Assembly (NCBI RefSeq): GCF_000002075.1
Contig: NW_004797358.1
Location: 1,495,825-1,557,164, forward strand
Reading direction: 5' to 3'
Length of the DNA: 61,340 nucleotides
Source: Aplysia californica
Taxonomy: Eukaryota
Position numbers and translations under genes: made by a program. The notes under the pieces are model-generated. The model was not told the origin of the DNA. It searched no databases and saw only the letters and a list, made by a program, of their open reading frames with translations. This document shows positions 26,401-35,102 of the stretch, piece by piece (the first letter of the stretch is position 1; every line of letters begins with the position of its first letter).

Positions 26401-29400
26401 TCTAGCACAAGTCCCTCCTGATTGGTAATGACAGTGCGGGGGCCAATAAAACCAAAAGTAGTGGCATTACACAATAAATTGTAATGTGTGGCTGGGAGGA
26501 TTGCCCCTGATTCCCCTTCCCCCACAACCTCCTCTTCCTCCTTCTCTAGTCTTGTTCCCCCCCCCCCCCCCCCCCACACACACACACAAATCGATCACAA
26601 CCACAGGAACATTATAAATATCGGCAATGACAGACGTAAGTCTGAATAAACCAGAGACATTGCAGTAGACCTTCAACTAAATAAGTTGTCAGACAAGTCT
26701 TGCAGTAGTCTGTCATCTAAACCAGAAACATAGTAGTAAACCTTTAACTGACCCAGCATCCGTTCTTTTTAGAACTGGGAGGGGCAAACTATGACCTGTG
26801 CCTGTGGTTCAAGTACAACCATCCTCAGGTAGTGTGTGGCCTACAGAAACATTTGGCGAATTTAATCTTTAACTTTAACAAAATCTTTTTATGAAGTGAC
26901 AACATTTAACATTTAAATATAAATTTATACTCGAGCAGACACTAGCTTTGGTAGTGTTGAATATTACAATGAACCACTTTATAGTTAGAGTAGACCCATT
27001 TCGCATTTTCCCAATACAGTGGAACTCGGATTCAATGAAAGGAGATGGATTCCCCAGTTTTTTTCCACTTTAAAATCAATAAAAATAACCCAGATTCAAC
27101 AAACACTTAATTCAGCAAGCTCGGATTCAACGAAGTCGTTTCCAGGGTGAACAGCGACCGCAGACATTAGAGGAATATCATTCAGTAGCTACAAGACTAC
27201 ATGTATGTGCCATCATTCGTATCTGTTTCTTGTGTCCATTATTATTATTTCCCTTATTTGTCAATCATATTCATCTGCTTTATTTCTGTTCCGTTTCTGT
27301 CCCAGTCATGCATCGTCTGACGTATGTCTTCATTGTGCTTGATTAGCAAAGTCCTCGTCAAGTCACAAAGAGTGTTGACATTTATTTATGAAGACATAAG
27401 AGATACATCATGACCACCATCCCTTGCCCTGCCCCGAGCTGCGACGTGGAGTGGCCTGCATCTACGCCGACTGAGGTGTTGACACGCCTCATTGACATCC
27501 ACGCCACCACAGCCCATGCAGCACGAGCGAATGCACCGACTGCGGCAGCCAAGGCTGAGAAAGTGCGATGCCCTGTTGTGTCTGGATCCGGAACGAGCGA
27601 GGCGTGGTCATACTTCACCCAACGGTGGGCCGACTACAAACAAGCGACTCGCCTCACTGGTGCAGACATCGTCTTCCAGCTTCTCGAGTGCTGCGATGAG
27701 TCGCTACGAAAAGATCTCACAAGGACATTCGGCGCCCTAGCCTCCAGCGAAGAGGACACTGTCCTAAAGAACATCAAGAGCCTGGCGGTGTGCCAGGAAA
27801 ACATCATGGTAGCACGGGTACAGCTACATCAAATGAAGCAAGACCGGGACGAGCCTGTCAGAGCCTTCGTCGCCCGCCTCAGGGGCCAGGCTGGGGTTTG
27901 CAACTTCAAGATAAAATGCCCTAGGTGCTCTCCAGATGTCCACGAATCCAGCGTGGACTATAGCGATGTGATGATTCGTGACGTCCTCATCCGAGGTCTA
28001 ATTGATGAGGAGATCCGACTCGACATCTTAGGTGAGTCAAAGCAGGACATGTCCCTTGAGGATGTACTCTGCTACGTGGAGGGGAAGGAGAGTGGCAAGA
28101 GGTCAGCCAGTCGCCTCGTTGAAATCTGCTCCTACACCACGGCAGCGGCCACAAGCTCCTACAAGCGCAGTGAGAAACTCGGCATACAGGGCAACTTGTT
28201 CCACAGTAAGGGCCAAGTGTTCCTCTGCAATTACTGTGGCAAACTGGACCATGGGAATGGTAGACAGGAATGTATGAAGAAGTGTCCGGCATTTGGTAAA
28301 AGATGCACCAGGTGTGGCCTATCCAATCATTTCACCAACCTCTGCCGACAGTCGTCACGGAACAGCAACCCCACCAATGCCCTGGATGACTCTGCTGCCG
28401 CCTTTGACAGTCTATGCGGTGCAGATTCCGCCACACCGGTGTCTAATGCGCACTCTGTATCCCTAGACCATCATGTATGCGAGTTTTGCAGGGCATGGGA
28501 GAAGCGAGCATCCGACCCTCAGCCTTTTGTGAACGTCACCATCCAGGCAGTGTCTTCAGACGCCCAATCTCTCGGTTTCCCGCCACCTCTGAGAGGCAGC
28601 ACCTCTCCCGTCAAGTACCAAGCTATGGCAGACACTGGGTGCCAGTCGTGCCTGGCGGGCGTAGCACTCTTGACTAGGATGAGCCTCACTCGCCGTCATC
28701 TCCTCCCTGTCAACATGAAGATGACAGCTGCGAATCGTGGGGCCATTGACATCATCGGAGCCCTTCCCCTTCGTATTTCTGGAACGTCTCCGTCCAACAC
28801 CTGGCTGGTGACCCACCAGATGGTGTACTTCACCACATCCACTGGTCGGGTGTTCCTAAGCAAGCAAACCTCTGTGGCTTTGGGAATAATTCCTCCTAGC
28901 TTTCCGACCATTGGTGCCACCAGTGCAGCCATCAATTCGAAGGACAAGCCGGCTTGCGGGTGCTCACACCGCCAACCACCTCCGCCACCACCAACCTCCC
29001 TCCCNNNNNNNNNNNNNNNNNNNNNNNNNNNNNNNNNNNNNNNNNNNNNNNNNNNNNNNNNNNNNNNNNNNNNNNNNNNNNNNNNNNNNNNNNNNNNNNN
29101 NNNNNNNNNNNNNNNNNNNNNNNNNNNNNNNNNNNNNNNNNNNNNNNNNNNNNNNNNNNNNNNNNNNNNNNNNNNNNNNNNNNNNNNNNNNNNNNNNNNN
29201 NNNNNNNNNNNNNNNNNNNNNNNNNNNNNNNNNNNNNNNNNNNNNNNNNNNNNNNNNNNNNNNNNNNNNNNNNNNNNNNNNNNNNNNNNNNNNNNNNNNN
29301 NNNNNNNNNNNNNNNNNNNNNNNNNNNNNNNNNNNNNNNNNNNNNNNNNNNNNNNNNNNNNNNNNNNNNNNNNNNNNNNNNNNNNNNNNNNNNNNNNNNN

Positions 29401-32400
29401 NNNNNTCCAACCGCTTAACCGACATGCAGCGCGGGAGACTCACCACACTCAGTCTCCCTTCCACCAGGCCCGCAAAGTGCCACCCCACACAAGGAAATCG
29501 GAATTTGACGCGTGGAATGGCTACCATAGCATCGCTCTTGCTGAAGAGGATAGACATTTGACGACGTTTATCACCCCATGGGGTCGTTATCACTATCTCG
29601 TGGCCCCTCAAGGCTACATATCATCCGGGGATGGATACAGCCGACGCTTTGATGAGATCGTTGCTGACTTCCCCCACAAAACCAAATGCAATGACGACAC
29701 CCTTATGTGGTCAAACTCTATTGAGGAAGCCTTTTTCCAGGCCGTCAAGTCGTTTGACCTATGTGGCACCAATGGCATCATACTCAACCCATCCAAGTTC
29801 CAATTCACCAAAACTAGGGTTGAGTTTGCAGGTTTCGAAATAACTCCCTCCACCGTGCGCCCATGTGCCCACTACCTGGAGGCCATTCGACATTTCCCCA
29901 CACCTCGGAACATCACTGACGTCAGGAGCTGGTTCGGTCTCATCAATCAGGTATCCTACTATGCCTTCGCTTCCGCTGAATGAATGCTCCCATTCTGGAA
30001 AGCCCTGAAGCCGGGAAAACGCCTCGAATGGACAGAGGAGCTCGACCGTCTGTTTGAATGGTCAAAGGAGGCCATCATCAATGAAATCCACCAAGGGGTT
30101 GAAATATTTGACAAGAAGAAACCAACTTGCCTAGCCACCGACTGGAGCAAGGATGGCATAGGCTTCTGGCTCTTCCAGAAACATTGTACATGNNNNNNNN
30201 NNNNNNNNNNNNNNNNNNNNNNNNNNNNNNNNNNNNNNNNNNNNNNNNNNNNNNNNNNNNNNNNNNNNNNNNNNNNNNNNNNNNNNNNNNNNNNNNNNNN
30301 NNNNNNNNNNNNNNNNNNNNNNNNNNNNNNNNNNNNNNNNNNNNNNNNNNNNNNNNNNNNNNNNNNNNNNNNNNNNNNNNNNNNNNNNNNNNNNNNNNNN
30401 NNNNNNNNNNNNNNNNNNNNNNNNNNNNNNNNNNNNNNNNNNNNNNNNNNNNNNNNNNNNNNNNNNNNNNNNNNNNNNNNNNNNNNNNNNNNNNNNNNNN
30501 NNNNNNNNNNNNNNNNNNNNNNNNNNNNNNNNNNNNNNNNNNNNNNNNNNNNNNNNNNNNNNNNNNNNNNNNNNNNNNNNNNNNNNNNNNNNNNNNNNNN
30601 NNNNNNNNNNNNNNNNNNNNNNNNNNNNNNNNNNNNNNNNNNNNNNNNNNNNNNNNNNNNNNNNNNNNNNNNNNNNNNNNNNNNNNNNNNNNNNNNNNNN
30701 NNNNNNNNNNNNNNNNNNNNNNNNNNNNNNNNNNNNNNNNNNNNNNNNNNNNNNNNNNNNNNNNNNNNNNNNNNNNNNNNNNNNNNNNNNNNNNNNNNNN
30801 NNNNNNNNNNNNNNNNNNNNNNNNNNNNNNNNNNNNNNNNNNNNNNNNNNNNNNNNNNNNNNNNNNNNNNNNNNNNNNNNNNNNNNNNNNNNNNNNNNNN
30901 NNNNNNNNNNNNNNNNNNNNCGCCCATACCATCAATTCCGGGAGTTCCTCACGACATTTGATGGTGTCATCCTGTACCACGACTGGGTAGTTATACCCCC
31001 GCCGCTCCGTGAGCGAGTCCTCCAGTCCTTACACTCTGCTCACCAGGGTGTGTCCCAAATGTGCTCTCGAGCTGAGGCCTCGTTTTTCTGGCCCGGCATA
31101 ACCCCGGCCATCACTGAAGTGCGGGCCCACTGTCAGTCATGCAACCGCATGGCACCTTTCCAGCCGAGTGCACCTCCCATCTCTCCAATAGCACCGGCAT
31201 ACCCATTCCAATGTATTGTGGCAGATTATTTTCATCATCGAGGCCACAGCTACCTAGTTGCAGTCGACAGGTACAGTAACTGGCCTATCGTTGAAAAAGC
31301 CTCCCATGGATCCGCCGGCCTCGTTGCCGCGTTGCGTCGCATCTTTGTCACGTATGGCATCAGTGATGAACTGACATCGGACGGAGGCCCGGAGTTCACG
31401 TCCCTGGCAACCTCCACCTTCCTTCGCAACTGGGGTGTCCACCACAGGATCTCTTCAGTCGCCTTTCCTCACTCTAATTGTCGCGCTGAAGTTGGAGTAA
31501 AGACAGTGAAACGGTTGATCACTGACAACACGGGTGCACAAGGATCTTTAAACACTGATAAGTTCCAGCGCGCAATGCTGCAATACAGGAACACTCCTGA
31601 CCGTGACACCCACCTATCCCCAGCGATGAGTATGTTTGGACGTCCAATACGGGACTTCATCCCCATCCACCCAAGGAAGTATCAGCCTCACAGTACCTGG
31701 CATGAAACCCTTCTGTCGCGAGAGGAGGCACTGAGGAACCAGCACATGCGCACCGCTGAGCGCCTCTCTGAGCACACTCGCATCTTACCTCCACTCGTCG
31801 TCGGTGACTGTGTGCGCATACAGAACCAAACGGGAACCCACCCGACCAAATGGGACAAGACGGGCATTGTAGTGGAAGTACATCAATTTGACTAGTACGT
31901 CGTTTGAGAGGATGGCTCTGGCCGCGTCACCCTTCGCAACAGAAAGTTCCTCCGCAACTACATGCCTGTGGTCCCGTGCTCACCACTGACGATGATCCCG
32001 GGTGGCACCTCACCACCACAGCCAGCGCCTCAGAATATTCACCCCCCCCGAGCATACCAAGTCCAGCGTGACCTCGTCGCCCTCTCCTTGCCCGGATCTA
32101 CCACAACCAGCTGGCATTCAGGACCCCCAAGCACACGATCCACCGATGCCTACTGTCCCCGAATCCGGGCAAGAATTAGCGCCTGATCCACGCCCTGCTG
32201 TCGAGACGGTGGTTCTACAACCTCAGGCTCAAGCCCCCCCGCGTGCTCTACATGTGCTCCAGCAGCACAACGCCCCTGGCATACAAGAGCAAGATGTTCC
32301 CATAAGCGTGAGCACGCCTCCAGGCGGCCCTCGGCGATCAGCAAGACTATTGGCCAGACAGAGCCCCAAGCCAATTGACTCTAAATCCAAATCTGATTCT

Positions 32401-34435
32401 GACACTCATTGATCTATCATTTGCTCTCTTAGTTTCTTTTCATAGGTCCAAGCAGACATTACCATTGTTCCTATCTCTCGTTATGATGTTCCTTGTTATA
32501 TCACCAGTATTTCTTGACATAATTACATCAGTCTTTTCTGTTCCACTCCAAAGACTTGGAGGGGGGGGCGTAGAGGAATTCATTCAGTAGCTACAAGACT
32601 ATATGTATGTGCCATCATTCGTATCTGTTCCTTGTGTCCATTATTATTATTTCCCTTATTTGTCAATCATATTCATCTGCTTTATTTCTGTTCCGTTTCT
32701 GTCCCAGTCATGCATCGTCTGACGTATGTCTTCATTGTGCTTGATTATTAAAGTCCTCGTCAAGTCACAAAGGGTGTTGACATTTATTTAGACATGGCTT
32801 CACTAATTTTTCTCCCACAACAAACTTTATCTAGATTTTATTCCCACAAACCATCCATTGTACCTGCCATCGTGAACCATTATTCACTAATCCGATAGCA
32901 TGCGACCAATCAACGGCCATCTTTCATACCAACACAAGCGTAGTTCGCATGCACATGTGTCTACTCTGGTGAGTGTCAGGATGGTGACTGTGTGTGTGTG
33001 TGTGAGTGTCCGGGAGCCATCGGTCCAGGATGGAACGTCGAAGACAAAAAGCATCACAGCCCCCTCCCCTTCCCCCCCAAGCAACAGATCAAATCATGAT
33101 TACAATGATAAGCTAGTCTTGACGTAGATCTACGTAATGAATTGTGCGCTGGTTTATGGAATCAAAAGTTACACAGCAACACAACTTTTTGGCAAACAAC
33201 AGAGATGACACAGGCGTGCCTTAGAACGTAATATAATGTCTTTTTTTAAAAACAGCTCATAATATAAGCAGGCATTCCAGGCATTACTTGTTACTTCTCT
33301 TTATTACTTGCCCAGGGCCTGTAATTATTTAGGTCTACACAAAACCTCATGTTTGCTATATATATACAATGAACACTTGGATTCAACGAGATTTTAGGTC
33401 AGGCCCGGCGACCTCGTTGAATTCGAGTTCAACTGTACAGTCCCAGCCACTATAAAAGAAAAGTAAAGTCACCTTGGGCCTAGGTCATTATGTCCATTTT
33501 TTAAAAGAGAGCAGCCCATGCCAACCATTAATGATCATAGCCCAGCAGTCGAAATGGACCCCAATTCAACTATGTTGACATTGTCCAGTTTTAACTCATT
33601 CGCTACGCCGAGCCGTGGGGGGCTGCGCGGCTAAAGTGCCGTCAGTACGCTAAGCCGCCCCCGGCGGCTCGAGAACCGACGTTCAACTTTAGCTTGGTTT
33701 CTATTCCAATCCACATATCCATGTTAAAATAAAGGTCATAATATAAAGTTGACTTCCGGGTCAAGCGTTTCCACCGAAAATCGGAAGTTTTGATTCAGTT
33801 TTGAAACACGATTTCGAAGTTTATGCGACATTGTTTAATCGCGAAGCCCAAATTATAGCCCAGACACCAGTCTTAGTACTTTTACACAACAAAATGTATC
33901 ATTATTTTGCTCATTAAAGAAATGTAGGACTCTTCTTTATAATATTGATACTACTGGACCAAATTGCCAAGGCACTGTAATTGAGAAATCAGTATTTTTG
34001 AGTGCTAGATCTAAGCCTAGATCTAAACAGTCAAAATATTTTTTTTCTCCCCAAAATCACTACTTTTTGGTGAATTTTCTCCAAAAGTACCACCCAAAAC
34101 ATGTAATGGTTTATTCCAAATGCAATTCTGAATAATTCCATATAAAATACGAGTGTTTTTTGTTTGTTTGGGATCCTTTTTTCAAAATTATTTTAAAAAA
34201 TTATTTTTTTCAATATCGGAGGTTATGATCCAAATGTACAAATATTATAGAATGAATGTAAATAACTGCTCATTTTTCAATATTTTCCTGTTCTAGATCT
34301 AGATCTATATACAGTTATTATCAGTTATGGTTATTTATAATTTATACATACCCGTGCTACACTTTCGCTTTCCGCAGCCGAACCGTAACATAATTCATCG
34401 GAAGCTAGTATGCCAACGCCAGCTGAACCTGCCAT
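8276..34435 (-). CDS. ALDH16A1: Aldehyde dehydrogenase family 16 member A1, 15 coding exons, 815 aa, predicted non-catalytic
   Basis: Exons (minus): 34435-34352, 25935-25833, 23905-23779, 23150-22972, 22287-22031, 21250-21098, 18816-18619, 17982-17884, 16990-16748, 15819-15674, 14463-14296, 12969-12765, 10480-10295, 8969-8846, 8451-8276. All introns GT-AG, phases consistent, total 2448 nt. Full ALDH fold, then a linker and a second Rossmann-type domain ([17 protein letters not shown]...[12 protein letters not shown]...[13 protein letters not shown]...NFKRTWVN...IWLPMG), the ALDH16-specific architecture. Confidence 0.95.
8846..8969 (-). CDS. ALDH16A1: ALDH16A1 exon 14
   Basis: [41 protein letters not shown]. 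Confidence 0.93.
9678..10021. mobile_element. TTAA-targeted MITE (piggyBac-like)
   Basis: TTAA|CTCACCCAGCCCTA ... TAGGGTTGAGTGAG|ATAA imperfect TIRs. Confidence 0.5.
10295..10480 (-). CDS. ALDH16A1: ALDH16A1 exon 13
   Basis: [54 protein letters not shown]...FQQ. Confidence 0.92.
11531..11610. repeat. perfect 40-bp tandem duplication
   Basis: TAAACATTAAATCAGTGGAGACAGAATATCAGAATTATGA x2. Confidence 0.9.
11760..12679. mobile_element. Tc1/mariner-type MITE, family A copy 1
   Basis: TA|CAGTCGAACCTG ... CAGGTTCGACTG|TA; subterminal ACGGAAACCTGT repeats; homologous to 42919-43805. Confidence 0.85.
12765..12969 (-). CDS. ALDH16A1: ALDH16A1 exon 12
   Basis: [21 protein letters not shown]...[17 protein letters not shown]. 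Confidence 0.93.
14296..14463 (-). CDS. ALDH16A1: ALDH16A1 exon 11
   Basis: [24 protein letters not shown]...[16 protein letters not shown]. Confidence 0.92.
14640..15200 (-). mobile_element. RTE-clade LINE 3' fragment (degenerate RT C-terminus)
   Basis: [11 protein letters not shown]...[11 protein letters not shown]...[15 protein letters not shown]. Confidence 0.75.
15674..15819 (-). CDS. ALDH16A1: ALDH16A1 exon 10 (inter-domain linker)
   Basis: [48 protein letters not shown]; GTAAGT donor. Confidence 0.88.
16748..16990 (-). CDS. ALDH16A1: ALDH16A1 exon 9
   Basis: [36 protein letters not shown]...VWVNGH...[13 protein letters not shown]. Confidence 0.93.
17884..17982 (-). CDS. ALDH16A1: ALDH16A1 exon 8
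   Basis: [33 protein letters not shown]; GTGAGT donor. Confidence 0.88.
18619..18816 (-). CDS. ALDH16A1: ALDH16A1 exon 7 (contains the degenerate catalytic-Cys position)
   Basis: [44 protein letters not shown]...AKAEGAE. Confidence 0.92.
19642..19993 (+). mobile_element. tRNA-derived CORE-like SINE with L2-like tail
   Basis: A box TGGCCTAGTGG, B box GGTTCGAATCC, core GTTGTGTCCTTGGGAAAGGCACTT...GGGTACC, (TTA)n tail. Confidence 0.85.
20339..20460 (+). mobile_element. 5' fragment of the same SINE family
   Basis: GTGGCGTCGGTAG...GTTGTGTCTTTGGTAAAGACAC. Confidence 0.6.
20819..21071. mobile_element. MITE with 16-bp perfect inverted ends (Kolobok-like)
   Basis: AATTGGTCGCTTTTAA (20819-20834) / TTAAAAGCGACCAATT (21056-21071). 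Confidence 0.6.
21098..21250 (-). CDS. ALDH16A1: ALDH16A1 exon 6
   Basis: [51 protein letters not shown]. Confidence 0.92.
22031..22287 (-). CDS. ALDH16A1: ALDH16A1 exon 5
   Basis: [12 protein letters not shown]...ALAMGNTV...[13 protein letters not shown]...KIVFAGSAS; GTGAGT donor. Confidence 0.92.
22972..23150 (-). CDS. ALDH16A1: ALDH16A1 exon 4
   Basis: [17 protein letters not shown]...[10 protein letters not shown]...GWKPY. Confidence 0.9.
23506..23743. mobile_element. piggyBac-like MITE
   Basis: TTAA|CCCTATCCGTACG ... CGTACAGATAGGG|TTAA. Confidence 0.8.
23779..23905 (-). CDS. ALDH16A1: ALDH16A1 exon 3
   Basis: [41 protein letters not shown]; TAG/GT boundaries. Confidence 0.9.
24152..24652 (-). 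mobile_element. tRNA-derived SINE, second family, (AAAC)n tail
   Basis: Minus-strand head GGGCTCTCGTGGCCTAGAGGTTAAGG, central GCACGTTATAGATCCC motif, tail GACCTTATGCAGTTGCGAGCGCCGTAAAACC + (AAAC)n; a + strand copy lies at about 41510-41742. Confidence 0.7.
25833..25935 (-). CDS. ALDH16A1: ALDH16A1 exon 2
   Basis: [35 protein letters not shown]; CAG acceptor, GTAGAG donor. Confidence 0.9.
27168..27388 (+). repeat. 5' LTR (221 bp)
   Basis: Matches 32571-32790 except about 5 substitutions and 1 indel; starts TAGAGG, ends TTTATTTA. Confidence 0.93.
27410..32412 (+). pseudogene. gag-pol polyprotein of the Gypsy element (zinc knuckles, aspartic protease, RT, RNase H, integrase), disrupted
   Basis: CNYCGKLDH...[14 protein letters not shown] knuckles; ADTG protease; [28 protein letters not shown]; RNase [11 protein letters not shown]; integrase HSAHQG..C..C, ADYF, SDGGPEF, RAEVGVK. 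In-frame stops at 29981-29983, 31893-31895, 31905-31907; C-terminal PRRSAR tail is in another frame; two N gaps. Confidence 0.9.
29005..29404. other. assembly gap (others at 30193-30920, 50829-50960, 57490-57890)
   Basis: Runs of N. Confidence 0.99.
32571..32790 (+). repeat. 3' LTR (220 bp)
   Basis: Direct repeat of the 5' LTR, preceded by [14 protein letters not shown] (32558-32568) and CG. Confidence 0.93.
34352..34435 (-). CDS. ALDH16A1: ALDH16A1 coding exon 1
   Basis: [28 protein letters not shown] then GTATGT donor; resembles the ALDH16 N-terminal YGPAPES motif and joins in frame to LWLDKH. Confidence 0.85.
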
Positions 34436-35027
34436 TTGTTTGAGCTTTCAAAACTGTTTGCTCATCACCAACAATACAAAAACAAGTGGAAGAGCTTCAG
34501 GCACCCTTGGAAGCAGCAAGAAGCCAAGCAGCAGCCTTTGAAAAGGTCAAAGTTTGTAAGGTCATACAACTTGACAATACTTGACATGGGTCAAATAATA
34601 CGCTTGATCTCCCCTGGCAAAGAACCCTTCCTCATTTTGATATTGCCAGAGAAGCTTTATCACAAGTTTAAATAGAAAACAATTTTTTAAAAGCAGTTAT
34701 TTAGACTCAGTTCAATGATTTTATACAATAAGGTATTAAAATATATACTTAATTTTTTTTCAACACAACACAAACAATTGGTATAACATTTATTACCCCC
34801 CTATCCCCACTGAGGTGGGGAACTTGTCTTTTATTATTTAGCCTACGGCGGACACAAAAACTGGCTGAGACGTTTCTATGAGGGGAGCTAATGAGCGTCA
34901 CCGGAAGTAGTATGGACGATGGTGTCTCACGACATGATTCCTTCATGAAACAGAGATAGTCGACGTCTGACTTACTTTATTCTTCGCATTTTTATACTAT
35001 ATATCTAGATCTACTGCTTATTTGGAA
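34436..35027. promoter_or_regulatory. bidirectional promoter / 5'UTR region shared by ALDH16A1 and PIH1D1
   Basis: 592 bp between divergent ATGs; ETS/GABP-type CCGGAAGT at 34901-34908; local CpG enrichment 34840-34990; no clear TATA box. Confidence 0.75.
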
Positions 35028-35102
35028 ATGGAAAGCATAGGCGATCCTAGCTCAGATAACTCCCTATCTGATGCATTCATCAAGAACCTCTTGCTGAACT
35101 CT
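35028..35102 (+). CDS. PIH1D1: PIH1D1 coding exon 1
   Basis: MESIGDPSSDNSLSDAFIKNLLLNS; GAAATGG Kozak-like context; GTGAGT donor. Confidence 0.78.

Larger units (their letters stand above)
27168..32790 (+). mobile_element. Ty3/Gypsy LTR retrotransposon (Mag-like), full length, decayed; antisense in ALDH16A1 intron 1
   Basis: Two direct LTRs (27168-27388, 32571-32790), 5-bp TSD GACAT (27163-27167 and 32791-32795), polypurine tract just before the 3' LTR, single gag-pol with order gag-PR-RT-RH-IN. Confidence 0.95.
27017..33435. mobile_element. Tc1/mariner (pogo/Tigger-like) non-autonomous element hosting the Gypsy insertion
   Basis: TA|CAGTGGAACTCGGATTCAATGAA ... CTCGTTGAATTCGAGTTCAACTG|TA imperfect TIRs with TA TSD; about 790 bp once the LTR element is removed. 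Confidence 0.75.

Noticed and set aside
26796-26840. 45-nt open phase 0-0 candidate cassette exon in ALDH16A1 intron 1 ([15 protein letters not shown])
   Set aside because: Weak donor (GTCATA), no ALDH16 similarity, and it would interrupt the conserved exon 1-2 junction; needs RNA evidence.
29981-29983. In-frame TGA between RT and RNase H as programmed readthrough or selenocysteine
   Set aside because: Not at the gag-pol boundary; best explained as CGA-to-TGA decay, and other stops occur downstream.
28964-30990. Long X-containing ORFs in alternative frames (also at 50.6 and 57.5 kb)
   Set aside because: Artefacts of N gaps; frame continuity across gaps cannot be judged.
32002-32590. Extra ORFs after integrase as a possible env or accessory gene
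   Set aside because: The Pro-rich ORF ending near PRRSAR is the frameshifted pol tail; the 71-aa hydrophobic ORF is T-rich 3' UTR sequence running into the LTR.
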